A stretch of 64,000 nt of DNA from an uncultured Gammaproteobacteria bacterium. GTDB lineage: Bacteria > Pseudomonadota > Gammaproteobacteria > UBA6002. The notes below the pieces were generated by a model. That model had not been told where the DNA came from, ran no database searches, and saw only the letters and a list, made by a program, of their open reading frames with translations. Within the stretch, counting starts at the first letter, position 1. Every line of letters starts with the position of its first letter. This document shows, in pieces, positions 40,336 to 49,215 of this stretch. The translations under genes and the position numbers were made by a program. The stretch is from contig CAVPKM010000009.1 in assembly GCA_963705725.1 (NCBI GenBank), positions 12,051-76,050 of the forward strand, in the 5' to 3' direction.

Positions 40336-41694
40336 TCAAACGTGGCTAATTGCTTCTTTTAAATGCGTGATCGCAACCACATCTAGGCCGGGAACCGATT
40401 TTTTAGGCTCATTCGCTTTTGGTACAATTGCCATTTTAAATCCATGTTTTGCCGCCTCCTTTAGTCTTTCTTGACCACTTTGCACAGGCCTGATTTCTCC
40501 TGCCAATCCTACTTCTCCAAAAAGAATTAACTCCTTTACTAAAGGTTTATTTCTTAAGCTTGAGATGACCGCCAACAGCAAGGCAAGATCGATTCCTGTT
40601 TCCGTCACCTTAACTCCTCCTACAACATTGATAAAAATGTCTTGCTGATAGGTGGCAATTCCTCCATGACGATGAAGCACGGCCAATAACATCGCTAAGC
40701 GATTTTGATCTAGCCCAACTGTCACCCTTCTTGGGTTTGCAAGATGACTTTCGTCAACTAATGCTTGCACTTCAACCAGAAGTGGGCGACTGCCCTCCCA
40801 AGTTACCATCACACTGCTTCCAGGAACAGATTGCTGATAATTGGATAAAAAAAAGGCAGAGGGGTTGCTGACTTCCCGCAATCCTTTGTCCGTCATCGCA
40901 AAAACGCCTAATTCATTGACTGCACCAAAACGGTTCTTTACCGCCCTTATCATACGGTATCGCTGATCACTTTGACCTTCAAAATAAAGAACGCAATCCA
41001 CCATATGCTCCAACACCCTTGGCCCGGCCAAGCTGCCCTCCTTCGTGACATGACCAATAAGAAAAAGAATGCAGCCTGACTGTTTTGCAAAACGTACAAG
41101 TTGAGCTGCGCTTTCACGAACTTGAGACACTCCGCCAGGAGCAGATTGCAGGCTGCCCGTAAAAATCGTTTGAATAGAGTCAATCACCATAACTTGTGGC
41201 TTTTTCTGTAGAGCAATTTGGATAATGGCTTCGACATTTGTTTCAGCAAGTAATTGAAGGCTAGCTTCAAAAAGCTTGAGTCTTTTTGCACGCAATGTTA
41301 CTTGCTGCAAGGACTCTTCTCCTGTGACATATAAGCAAGAATATTGCCTACTTAAATGGCAAAGCGTTTGTAGCAGCAAGGTGGATTTTCCAATTCCAGG
41401 ATCTCCACCGAGAAGTATGACGGAACCAACAACCAACCCACCACCCAGGACCAGATCAAATTCAGGCAATTGGCTACTAATGCGATCGATTTCTTCTAAT
41501 TTGACCTGAGAGATTAATGTGCATTCGCCAGTCGCCGCATTGGCATAACCCTGGAATCGATTCAGGGGTGAGCTTCCTCTCACCACCTCTTCAACCATGC
41601 TATTCCAACTACCACAGTCTGCACATTGACCAGACCACTTTGGCGCTTGAACGCCGCAATGCTGGCAAATATAGAACACTTTATTTTTATTCAA
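40336..41694 (-). CDS. radA: DNA repair protein RadA/Sms
   Basis: N-terminal zinc finger 'CQHCGVQAPKWSGQCADCGSW', RecA-like Walker A 'GGDPGIGKSTLLLQ', Lon-like C-terminus. TTG start at 41692-41694. Confidence 0.9.
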   Translation of the reverse strand: MNKNKVFYICQHCGVQAPKWSGQCADCGSWNSMVEEVVRGSSPLNRFQGYANAATGECTLISQVKLEEIDRISSQLPEFDLVLGGGLVVGSVILLGGDPGIGKSTLLLQTLCHLSRQYSCLYVTGEESLQQVTLRAKRLKLFEASLQLLAETNVEAIIQIALQKKPQVMVIDSIQTIFTGSLQSAPGGVSQVRESAAQLVRFAKQSGCILFLIGHVTKEGSLAGPRVLEHMVDCVLYFEGQSDQRYRMIRAVKNRFGAVNELGVFAMTDKGLREVSNPSAFFLSNYQQSVPGSSVMVTWEGSRPLLVEVQALVDESHLANPRRVTVGLDQNRLAMLLAVLHRHGGIATYQQDIFINVVGGVKVTETGIDLALLLAVISSLRNKPLVKELILFGEVGLAGEIRPVQSGQERLKEAAKHGFKMAIVPKANEPKKSVPGLDVVAITHLKEAISHV

Positions 41695-41695
41695 C

Positions 41696-41872
41696 GTAAC
41701 TGCTCACGAGGTAAGAGTCTGTTCAACGCACAAACCTCCATATTTGAGCCTTATTTGAATGAAAAATTCGTTGAAAAAGCGCAGCATATATAAATATGTG
41801 AGCAATTTTCAGCGGGTTTTTCGTTCAAAGATGGCCAAATATGGAAGTTTCCTTCCTGGGGCGAGTAGTGAC
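41696..41872. mobile_element. MITE copy 2 (177 bp, diverged TIR GTAACTGCTCAC / GTCACTACTCGC) with perfect 8-bp TSD TATTCAAC
   Basis: Internal 'aaaaagcgcagcata...agcaattttcag...ttcaaagatggccaaatatggaagttt' is homologous to copy 1, 'aaaaagcggagcata...agcagtttt...ttcgaagatggcaaaatatggacgttt'. Flanked by tattcaac at 41688-41695 and 41873-41880. The left TSD contains the radA TTG start. Confidence 0.55.
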
Positions 41873-41885
41873 TATTCAACTTTCA

Positions 41886-42902
41886 TTACCCTTGCAACCA
41901 GTAGGCAACTTCTTTCGCATAATAGGTAATTATAAAGTCAGCGCCCGCTCGTTTAATCCCCGTTAAAATCTCTAACGCAACTTGTTTCTCATTGATCCAG
42001 CCATTCATTGCAGCCGCTTTAATCATGGCAAATTCTCCACTAACATGATAGGCACCAAGTGGCACATGAGAAAAAAGATTTTTAATTTGATAAATGACGT
42101 CTAAATATGCATGAGCAGGCTTAACCATTATCATATCTGCCCCCTCTTGTAGATCCAGTTCCACCTCTCTGATTGCTTCTCTGCCATTAGCCGGATCCAT
42201 TTGATAAGTCCGACGACTACCAAATTGCGGTGCGCCTTCTGCTGCTTCTCGAAAAGGACCATAAAGCGAAGAACAGTATTTAACCGCATAACTTAATATT
42301 GGAAGATATTCATAACCTGCTTGATCGAGCAAAAGGCGGACCGCTTGCACCATACCATCAATATTTCCGCTTGGCGCAATAACATCTACCCCTGCTTCAG
42401 CAAGGCTTACAGCCTGTTTTGCTAAATTAACCAAGGTCGCGTCGTTATCCACATCAAGTTGACCGGTTCTATCTGAAAGCACGCCACAATGACCATGATC
42501 TGTATATTCGCAAAAACAAAGGTCGGCTATGACTAATAACTCAGGTGCTATATCCTTAATCGTGCTGACGGCAGTTTGGATAATTCCTTGAGCATCCATT
42601 GCCGTCTTACCTTCTGGATCTTTATATTCGGGGATTCCAAATAAAATCACTCCCGGCAAATTAAGATCTTGAATTTCTTTTATTTCTTCAGAGAGACAAT
42701 CTATTGTCATTTGAAAATGTCCCGGCATGGATAGTATGGGTTTCTTTATCCCTTCTCCATATCGAACAAACAAAGGCAAAATCAAATCATTCAATTGCAA
42801 ATTTGTTTCACGAATTAAATCCTGTAACTTTGCTTGAGAGCGCAATCTTCTCATTCTAAGCGCTGGATAATGCCCTGTTTTTCCTATCATTTTAATCTCC
42901 AA
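41886..42902 (-). CDS. hemB: porphobilinogen synthase (delta-aminolevulinic acid dehydratase)
   Basis: '...YPALRMRRLR...', active-site Lys region and 'VKPAHAYLD'. The true start is probably the internal Met 'MIGKTG...'. Confidence 0.9.
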   Translation of the reverse strand: MEIKMIGKTGHYPALRMRRLRSQAKLQDLIRETNLQLNDLILPLFVRYGEGIKKPILSMPGHFQMTIDCLSEEIKEIQDLNLPGVILFGIPEYKDPEGKTAMDAQGIIQTAVSTIKDIAPELLVIADLCFCEYTDHGHCGVLSDRTGQLDVDNDATLVNLAKQAVSLAEAGVDVIAPSGNIDGMVQAVRLLLDQAGYEYLPILSYAVKYCSSLYGPFREAAEGAPQFGSRRTYQMDPANGREAIREVELDLQEGADMIMVKPAHAYLDVIYQIKNLFSHVPLGAYHVSGEFAMIKAAAMNGWINEKQVALEILTGIKRAGADFIITYYAKEVAYWLQG

Positions 42903-42961
42903 TACTGGAAAGTTATCTTTAAATCGTTATAATCCCCATAATCGGGTAGAAGGAGAATAAA

Positions 42962-43453
42962 ATGGATCGTTTTGCAATCGTACTTAATAAATATAATGAA
43001 TCTCATCTACACCCAATCAACAAAATGCTCCACTTTATCAGCACACCGTTTTTATTATTCGCGACATTAATTTTTTTTAGCTGGATCCATATTAGCATGC
43101 CGGGCTTTTTTGATATTCATACTTCTTGGTTATTTTTCGCCGGTCTGATTTTTTATTATACCAAGTTTGATACGCAATTAGCGTGCCTATTTAGCGCAAT
43201 CTTATTACCCTTAATTCTAGTCGCCAATTTTTTTTCAAGCTATTGGCTGTCATTCCCTGTATTTTTCATACTTTTTGTAAGCAGCGCATTACTCCAACTT
43301 TTAGGACATTTTATTGAAGGCGAACAACCTGCTACTGTTGATCATCCCAAACTAATTTTCACCCTTCCCTTAATCATGATGGCTGAAATATTATGTAATT
43401 ATGGTTATCGCCAAGACCTTTTAGATAAGCCTGGCAATTCTTCTTCCCTGTGA
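42962..43453 (+). CDS. DUF962/Mpo1-like small membrane protein
   Basis: 163 aa, four TM helices. 'HLHPINKMLHFISTP' resembles the conserved His-rich N-terminus of the DUF962 (YGL010w/Mpo1) family. Confidence 0.45.
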   Translation: MDRFAIVLNKYNESHLHPINKMLHFISTPFLLFATLIFFSWIHISMPGFFDIHTSWLFFAGLIFYYTKFDTQLACLFSAILLPLILVANFFSSYWLSFPVFFILFVSSALLQLLGHFIEGEQPATVDHPKLIFTLPLIMMAEILCNYGYRQDLLDKPGNSSSL

Positions 43454-43486
43454 CCTTAACAACTTAGCAGTAGGCATCAAAATTTC

Positions 43487-43515
43487 TTGCATACCTGCCG
43501 GTTATAGGCTAGTAT
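43487..43515 (+). promoter_or_regulatory. putative sigma70 promoter (TTGCAT-17-TAGTAT) for the RRM protein gene, giving a ~175-nt 5' leader
   Basis: TTGCAT at 43487-43492, 17-nt spacer, TAGTAT at 43510-43515. Confidence 0.35.
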
Positions 43516-43690
43516 GTTACGTGATCATTGGCGAATTGTCCCACTTAATTGGTCTTTTCAGCTCTTTAATGAACATTCCCAATGAGAAATTGTAATTGTT
43601 CTGCTTCCAGCAAGCATTCAGGTTGTATAGCTAAGCTTTCAACCTGCACTGAATGGTTACGAGCATTTTTTATTAGTATCAGGAGCCCAT

Positions 43691-43963
43691 ATGTCTCACA
43701 CAACAATCTTTGTAAGCAACCTTGCTTACGGCTTAGACACCAAAGACCTTATCTCTGCTTTTTCTGCTTACGGTGAAATCACTGAAGCAAAAATCATCAA
43801 AGACCGCGAGTCTGGCCGCTCTAAAGGTTTTGGTTTTGTAACCTTTATCACTCCAGATCAAGCTAAAGAAGCGCTTAATATGAATGGTAAAGAATTACAT
43901 GGAAGAACAGTTCGAGTTAATTTTGCTCGCAAGCAAACCCAACGAGAAGACCGAGACGATTAA
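43691..43963 (+). CDS. RRM-type RNA-binding protein
   Basis: RNP-2 'IFVSNLAYG' and RNP-1 'KGFGFVTF' motifs. 90 aa, single RRM. Confidence 0.8.
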   Translation: MSHTTIFVSNLAYGLDTKDLISAFSAYGEITEAKIIKDRESGRSKGFGFVTFITPDQAKEALNMNGKELHGRTVRVNFARKQTQREDRDD

Positions 43964-43968
43964 TCGTC

Positions 43969-43998
43969 AAAACCTCCTCCATTGGAGGAGGTTTTTTT
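43969..43998 (+). terminator. Rho-independent terminator of the RRM gene
   Basis: Perfect hairpin aaACCTCCTCC-attg-GAGGAGGTtt followed by T7, six nt after the stop. Confidence 0.75.
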
Positions 43999-44074
43999 CC
44001 TTTCCTTTTCCCACTCAATCAATCCAACTCACATCTCAATACAAATCCGATCTCAAGGCCCATTGGCCCACATC

Positions 44075-47000
44075 CTAACTCAACCATTTATATGCATTAT
44101 GAAACAGCTGAAACCAAGGTGAGTTTTCATTCTTCCAATCAGCTGGCTTCCAAGAAAATTGCACATTACGAAAGACTCTTTCTGCATGTGGCATCATAAT
44201 GGTAAATCGTCCGTCCTTACTTGTCACCGATGCTATTCCTTTTGGACTGCCATTTGGATTTTCCGGATAATTTTCTGTCACATGGTGATAATGATCTACA
44301 TATTGCATCGGAATAAGTTTTTCTTCTATCGCGATTACCGCTGTTTCTTCATCCCTAAAAGCGACCCTACCCTCCCCATGTGATACCACAATGGGCAATA
44401 CCGCTTCTTCCATGCCTTGAAAAAATAAGGAGGGAGAAGCGTTAATTTTAACGAGTGATAACCTTGCCTCAAATTGTTCAGAAAAATTTCGTTCAAATTG
44501 AGGCCAGTGGCTTGCACCAGGAATCAGTTCTTTGAGATGCGACAACATTTGACAGCCATTACAAACCCCCAATACAAAGACATTGGGTTCATTAAAAAAT
44601 CTTTCAAACACCGTCCTTGCTTTTTCATTATATAAAATGGAATTTGCCCACCCTCTTCCTGCTCCTAATACATCACCATAGGAAAATCCTCCACAAGCCA
44701 CCAACCCTTGAAAATTTTTTAAATCGGTTTGCCCTGAAAGAATATCTGTCATATGAACATCAATCGGTGAAAAACCCGCGCGCAGGAAGGCTGCCGCCAT
44801 TTCCTGATGACCATTCACACCCTGTTCTCGCAAGATTGCAACTTGAGGTTTAGTGCTGAGGATAACAGGTGGGGAGTCATAAAATGTAAAAGTTAAATTA
44901 GCATTTAATCCAGGATCTTTATCATCGAGCAATTTATCATATTCTTGAAGGGCGCAATCGGGATTATCTCGTAGTGCTTGAAGGTGATAACTTGTCTTTG
45001 ACCAACATCGATTAAGAGAAATACGACTTGATCGATAGAGACATTCCTCCCCTTTTTGAATAACCAGCGCATCTTCTTTATTCAAGCAGCCAATAACAAC
45101 TGAGGCTTCCTTTAAATGATACCGCTCCAAACAACGAGTGATGCGATCCTTATCCTGTAAACGATACTGAATGACTGCACCTAATTCTTCATTAAACAGC
45201 AAGGGGATGATGGCCTCACCGCAATCCAGATTCAGGGTCACACCTAAATGAGAGGCAAACATCATCTCACAAACCGTTGCAAGAAGACCTCCATCAGATC
45301 GATCATGGTAGGCTAAAATTAAGTTTTTTTGGCGCAACTCTGTCATTGCATTGAAGAAATTAATAAGTAATTCTGGCGAATCTAGGTTAGGCACCTCCCG
45401 CCCTAATTGATTTAACACTTCCGCCAAGCAGGAAGCACCAAGCCGATTTTTATGAAATCCTAAATCAATTAATAGTAATTCCGTTTCGAAATTTTTCTCA
45501 AAAAGTGGAGTTAGCGTTTTCCGAATATCTTTTACCGGTGCAAAAGCAGAAATAACTAAGGATAACGGGGCTGCGACATCAACATGAGTTTGATCTTGCT
45601 GCCATTTCATTTGCATTGATAAAGAATCTTTCCCCACTGGAATACAAATACCTAAAGCTGGACAAAGTCGCTCACCAATTTCGCGCACTGCTTGATAAAG
45701 ATTCTCCACTTCTTCTTCTTCACCAAAAGCTGCCATCCAGTTTGCGGATAATTTGATATCTTCGAGCATCGCAATATCTGCTGCCACAATATTGGTGATA
45801 GCTTCACCCACGGCCATCGCAGCTGATGCCCGCGCATCGATTAAAGCAAGCGGAGGTCGCTCCCCCATTGCCATTGCTTCGCCGCGATAACTGGAATAAC
45901 CATTTGCTGTCACCGCCACATCAGAAACCGGCACTTGCCACGGCCCAATCATTTGATCACGCGCTACCAGACCAGTTACACTTCGGTCACCAATTGTAAT
46001 GAGAAAATGCTTATCAGCTACAGTAGGATGCTGCAACACACGTGCGATTAATTCTCCAAGCGCTTCTGTGATTTCTAAATCCTTTCCTGCAAGGGTTTTG
46101 AATTCATCAATCTCACAATGGAGTTTTGAACCTTCACCAAACAATAAATTGAGCGGCATATCTACAGGGGATTCCTTAATTCGCGAATCATATACAGCAA
46201 TATAATCCTCATTAGTTGCTACCCCTACTACTGCGTATGGACATCTTTCTCTTGCGGCAATTTTTTCAAACAAAGGCAAATGCTGCTCATCAATGGCTAA
46301 AACATAGCGCTCTTGCGCTTCGTTACACCAAATTTCCATTGCATTTAGACTGGCATCGGCCGTGGGAATAGCATGCAGATCAATACTCGCGCCTTTTTTT
46401 GCATCATGGACTAATTCGGATAAAGCATTGGACAATCCCCCCGCTCCTACATCATGGATAGAAATAATGGGATTATTTTTGCCTAGCGATAAACAATGGG
46501 TAATCACTTCTTGGCAGCGACGCTGCATCTCTGGGTTACTTCGTTGCACAGAGGCATAATCTAATTCTTCCTTGCTTGCCCCTGAATAGATGGATGAAGC
46601 TGCCCCTCCACCTAATCCAATTAGCATGGCTGGACCCCCGAGTACAATTAACCGTGCACCACTTGGTATTGGATATTTCTTAACTGCCATCGGCCTGATT
46701 TGTCCCAACCCTCCAGCAATCATGATAGGTTTATGATAACCGCGAATTTTTATGTTTTTTTCATTTTGAGACGCTAACATCTCAAAAGTTCGAAAATATC
46801 CGCAAAGATTGGGACGACCAAATTCGTTATTAAATGAAGCAGCACCAATTGGCCCTTGGAGCATGATTTCTAAAGCACTCGCCACATGGGATGGGTAACC
46901 GATATATTGCTCCCAAGGCTTTGGATGACCCGGGATATGTAAATTAGAAACAGAAAATCCAACTAGTCCTGCCTTTGGTCTCCCCCCGATTCCGGTTGCC

Positions 47001-47950
47001 CCTTCATCTCGAATTTCTCCGCCTGCACCTGTGGCTGCACCTTCAAAAGGCGAAATTGCAGTAGGATGATTATGTGTTTCAACTTTAATGACAATATGAG
47101 CCAGCTCTTCTTGAAAGGAGTAAGCATGATTGATCGGATCAACCATCAGCTGATCGGCAATGGATCCCTCAATAATTGCGCCATTATCTTGATAGGCAGA
47201 AAGTACATGACGACTTTGGGAAGCATAAGTATTTTTAATCCAGTCAAATAAGCTTTTTTCTTGGTCCTTTCCTGCTATTGTCCATTTTGCATTGAAAATT
47301 TTATGTCGACAGTGTTCTGAATTAATTTGCGCAAACATCATGAGCTCGGCATCACTTGGATCACGGTTTAACACTTGATATTGCTTGAAAAGATAATCGA
47401 TTTCTTTTTCAGATAAGGCTAATCCTAAAGTTTTATTCGCGGTGACAAGTGCATTTCTCCCGTTCTGTCTAAATGGGACAAATTGGCTAGGCTTAGCATC
47501 ATGCTGGGTAAAAAATTTGGCTAACGCTTCTGTTGAGAGCACGCAGGTTTCTGTCATCCGATCATGGATTAAAGGCAAAATGGCAGACCACTGTACTTCT
47601 TGAGAGGACGCGGTTATCAGTTCATAAACTAGCGCTTTTTCAATACGTGAGACAGCTGCTAACCCACAAACATGAAGAATATCTGTTGCTTTTGAAGACC
47701 AAGGAGACTCTGTACTAAAACGAGGTGCAATGATCACATAGGGATTTTTAGGCGCCTGCCAGGGCTTTGCTGTTTTGTCGATAATATTTATCAAACGCAA
47801 CATTTCTTCTTGCGACAATTCTTCCGCCTGCAGCAAATAAAGGGTACTGATAACAACTTGGCGTACTGCTGGTTGCGCTTGGCGTAGAGTTGATCTTCGT
47901 TTTTCCAAACGAAATGCAGAAAATGGACACTTGCCTTGAAAAATTTGCAT
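44075..47950 (-). CDS. purL: phosphoribosylformylglycinamidine synthase (large single-chain PurL)
   Basis: 1291 aa. N-terminal 'PFSAFRLEK', AIRS-like duplicated domains and a C-terminal glutaminase domain with catalytic Cys 'GVCNGCQML'. Confidence 0.95.
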   Translation of the reverse strand: MQIFQGKCPFSAFRLEKRRSTLRQAQPAVRQVVISTLYLLQAEELSQEEMLRLINIIDKTAKPWQAPKNPYVIIAPRFSTESPWSSKATDILHVCGLAAVSRIEKALVYELITASSQEVQWSAILPLIHDRMTETCVLSTEALAKFFTQHDAKPSQFVPFRQNGRNALVTANKTLGLALSEKEIDYLFKQYQVLNRDPSDAELMMFAQINSEHCRHKIFNAKWTIAGKDQEKSLFDWIKNTYASQSRHVLSAYQDNGAIIEGSIADQLMVDPINHAYSFQEELAHIVIKVETHNHPTAISPFEGAATGAGGEIRDEGATGIGGRPKAGLVGFSVSNLHIPGHPKPWEQYIGYPSHVASALEIMLQGPIGAASFNNEFGRPNLCGYFRTFEMLASQNEKNIKIRGYHKPIMIAGGLGQIRPMAVKKYPIPSGARLIVLGGPAMLIGLGGGAASSIYSGASKEELDYASVQRSNPEMQRRCQEVITHCLSLGKNNPIISIHDVGAGGLSNALSELVHDAKKGASIDLHAIPTADASLNAMEIWCNEAQERYVLAIDEQHLPLFEKIAARERCPYAVVGVATNEDYIAVYDSRIKESPVDMPLNLLFGEGSKLHCEIDEFKTLAGKDLEITEALGELIARVLQHPTVADKHFLITIGDRSVTGLVARDQMIGPWQVPVSDVAVTANGYSSYRGEAMAMGERPPLALIDARASAAMAVGEAITNIVAADIAMLEDIKLSANWMAAFGEEEEVENLYQAVREIGERLCPALGICIPVGKDSLSMQMKWQQDQTHVDVAAPLSLVISAFAPVKDIRKTLTPLFEKNFETELLLIDLGFHKNRLGASCLAEVLNQLGREVPNLDSPELLINFFNAMTELRQKNLILAYHDRSDGGLLATVCEMMFASHLGVTLNLDCGEAIIPLLFNEELGAVIQYRLQDKDRITRCLERYHLKEASVVIGCLNKEDALVIQKGEECLYRSSRISLNRCWSKTSYHLQALRDNPDCALQEYDKLLDDKDPGLNANLTFTFYDSPPVILSTKPQVAILREQGVNGHQEMAAAFLRAGFSPIDVHMTDILSGQTDLKNFQGLVACGGFSYGDVLGAGRGWANSILYNEKARTVFERFFNEPNVFVLGVCNGCQMLSHLKELIPGASHWPQFERNFSEQFEARLSLVKINASPSLFFQGMEEAVLPIVVSHGEGRVAFRDEETAVIAIEEKLIPMQYVDHYHHVTENYPENPNGSPKGIASVTSKDGRFTIMMPHAERVFRNVQFSWKPADWKNENSPWFQLFHNAYKWLS

Positions 47951-48089
47951 TAATTTATACCATGGATCGTTATTGACAGCTCATTATATAGTCGCATTCA
48001 TTTAAAGCTAAAGGGTCAAATGCGGAATATTTACCATTCTGCTACTATACTCTTCGTTACCCCTACCCACACAACTTCAGGGATGAATC

Positions 48090-48626
48090 ATGAATTCGAT
48101 GCACCAGTCTCGCAAAAATTGGCAATGGCGAATTATTACCTGGTCTACCCTTTTCTTAATTTTTGGCAAAAGCTTTGGGCATTGGTGCTATCAGGCACTG
48201 GCTATCGATCAAGCCTACCACTCTGCTAGCGCCATGGCGACAAAAATGGGGGTCATAGAGGTTTTAGATCAAAGTCCAGTCGCCTTGACCTTGCCTACCA
48301 TAATTGAAGTCAGAAATGACACGCCTAACGAATACAAAATTGAAAATACTGCCACTTCGGGCAAGCTGGATTTTCAAGGCACAACTTTTAATGCAGGAGA
48401 AACAAAACGATTTATTATTCAATCTTTAAACACTGAGCAGAATTTAGGAACCGGTGAAATTATTTTTTTATCCGCGCCATTAGTTGGCTCAAATAATACA
48501 ACTTGTCAAGAAATCCACACATTAAAATATGACTTTCGAGAAGCAAATTCTACAAAAAGGCCCTTACAGCTTAATCTTTCTTCAATTACTTCGAAACTAG
48601 ATTGTCACAGTAATGCGCTTAATTAA
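48090..48626 (+). CDS. hypothetical secreted/membrane-anchored protein (178 aa)
   Basis: N-terminal hydrophobic segment 'WRIITWSTLFLIFGKSFG'. No recognisable domain. Confidence 0.35.
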   Translation: MNSMHQSRKNWQWRIITWSTLFLIFGKSFGHWCYQALAIDQAYHSASAMATKMGVIEVLDQSPVALTLPTIIEVRNDTPNEYKIENTATSGKLDFQGTTFNAGETKRFIIQSLNTEQNLGTGEIIFLSAPLVGSNNTTCQEIHTLKYDFREANSTKRPLQLNLSSITSKLDCHSNALN

Positions 48627-48764
48627 TCTCTGCACATGAAAAAAACCGGTCGAATAAATGCTGGTTGAAAATTTGGGTGTTTGTCAGATTAGTTACGTTT
48701 AAATTAAAAATGAGTATTTTTACCTTGCTTGACAAGATTTGACCGTTTACTAGTATTAAAAGGA

Positions 48765-49013
48765 ATGAATTTAAAAAAACATTTGGAGACGAGAATGGAT
48801 AAATCTAAAAGAATTGAGTTTCATAAAAAAGTAGCAGAGAATTTAAAAAGGGCTGCAGAGTGCCATGAAAAGGCTGCAAAACTTGTTGAAAATGATGACT
48901 ATGAAAAAGCAGGACATGCATCTTTTTGCGCCTTCGGCTGTTTACTCAAAGCTAAAGAGCTAATTAAAGAGGCTGCGATACAAGTTTCAGAAGAACATTG
49001 CAAAAAACAGTAA
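48765..49013 (+). CDS. small hypothetical protein (82 aa) with HEKAAK-type helical repeats
   Basis: ATG at 48765 preceded by AAGGA. 'HKKVAENLKRAAECHEKAAKLVENDDYEKAGHAS' resembles small His/Ala/Lys-repeat stress-protein families. Confidence 0.35.
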   Translation: MNLKKHLETRMDKSKRIEFHKKVAENLKRAAECHEKAAKLVENDDYEKAGHASFCAFGCLLKAKELIKEAAIQVSEEHCKKQ

Positions 49014-49215
49014 TCTTTATGCCTCATCTTTAAAATCTCTAGGTTACTGGTGAGGCAATCGCATGAAATCTTTAGACCAAAAATTAGTCGGTCGAAGTTT
49101 TTTTCAAATTGACATCTTCAATCCTGAATGGTTACTAAAATTCTTAGGCAGAATTAATATTTGCTTAATTATTCTCTTTTATATTCTTTCATAATATAAC
49201 TGAAGGATTGCAAAC

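Noticed and set aside
43582-43776. 64-aa Cys-rich ORF upstream of and overlapping the RRM gene
   Set aside because: It lies in the predicted 5' leader of the RRM gene, in a different frame, and has no RBS. Likely non-coding.
44159-47930. Multiple 60-80-aa ORFs inside purL on both strands
   Set aside because: They are embedded in a highly conserved 1291-aa gene. Artefactual.
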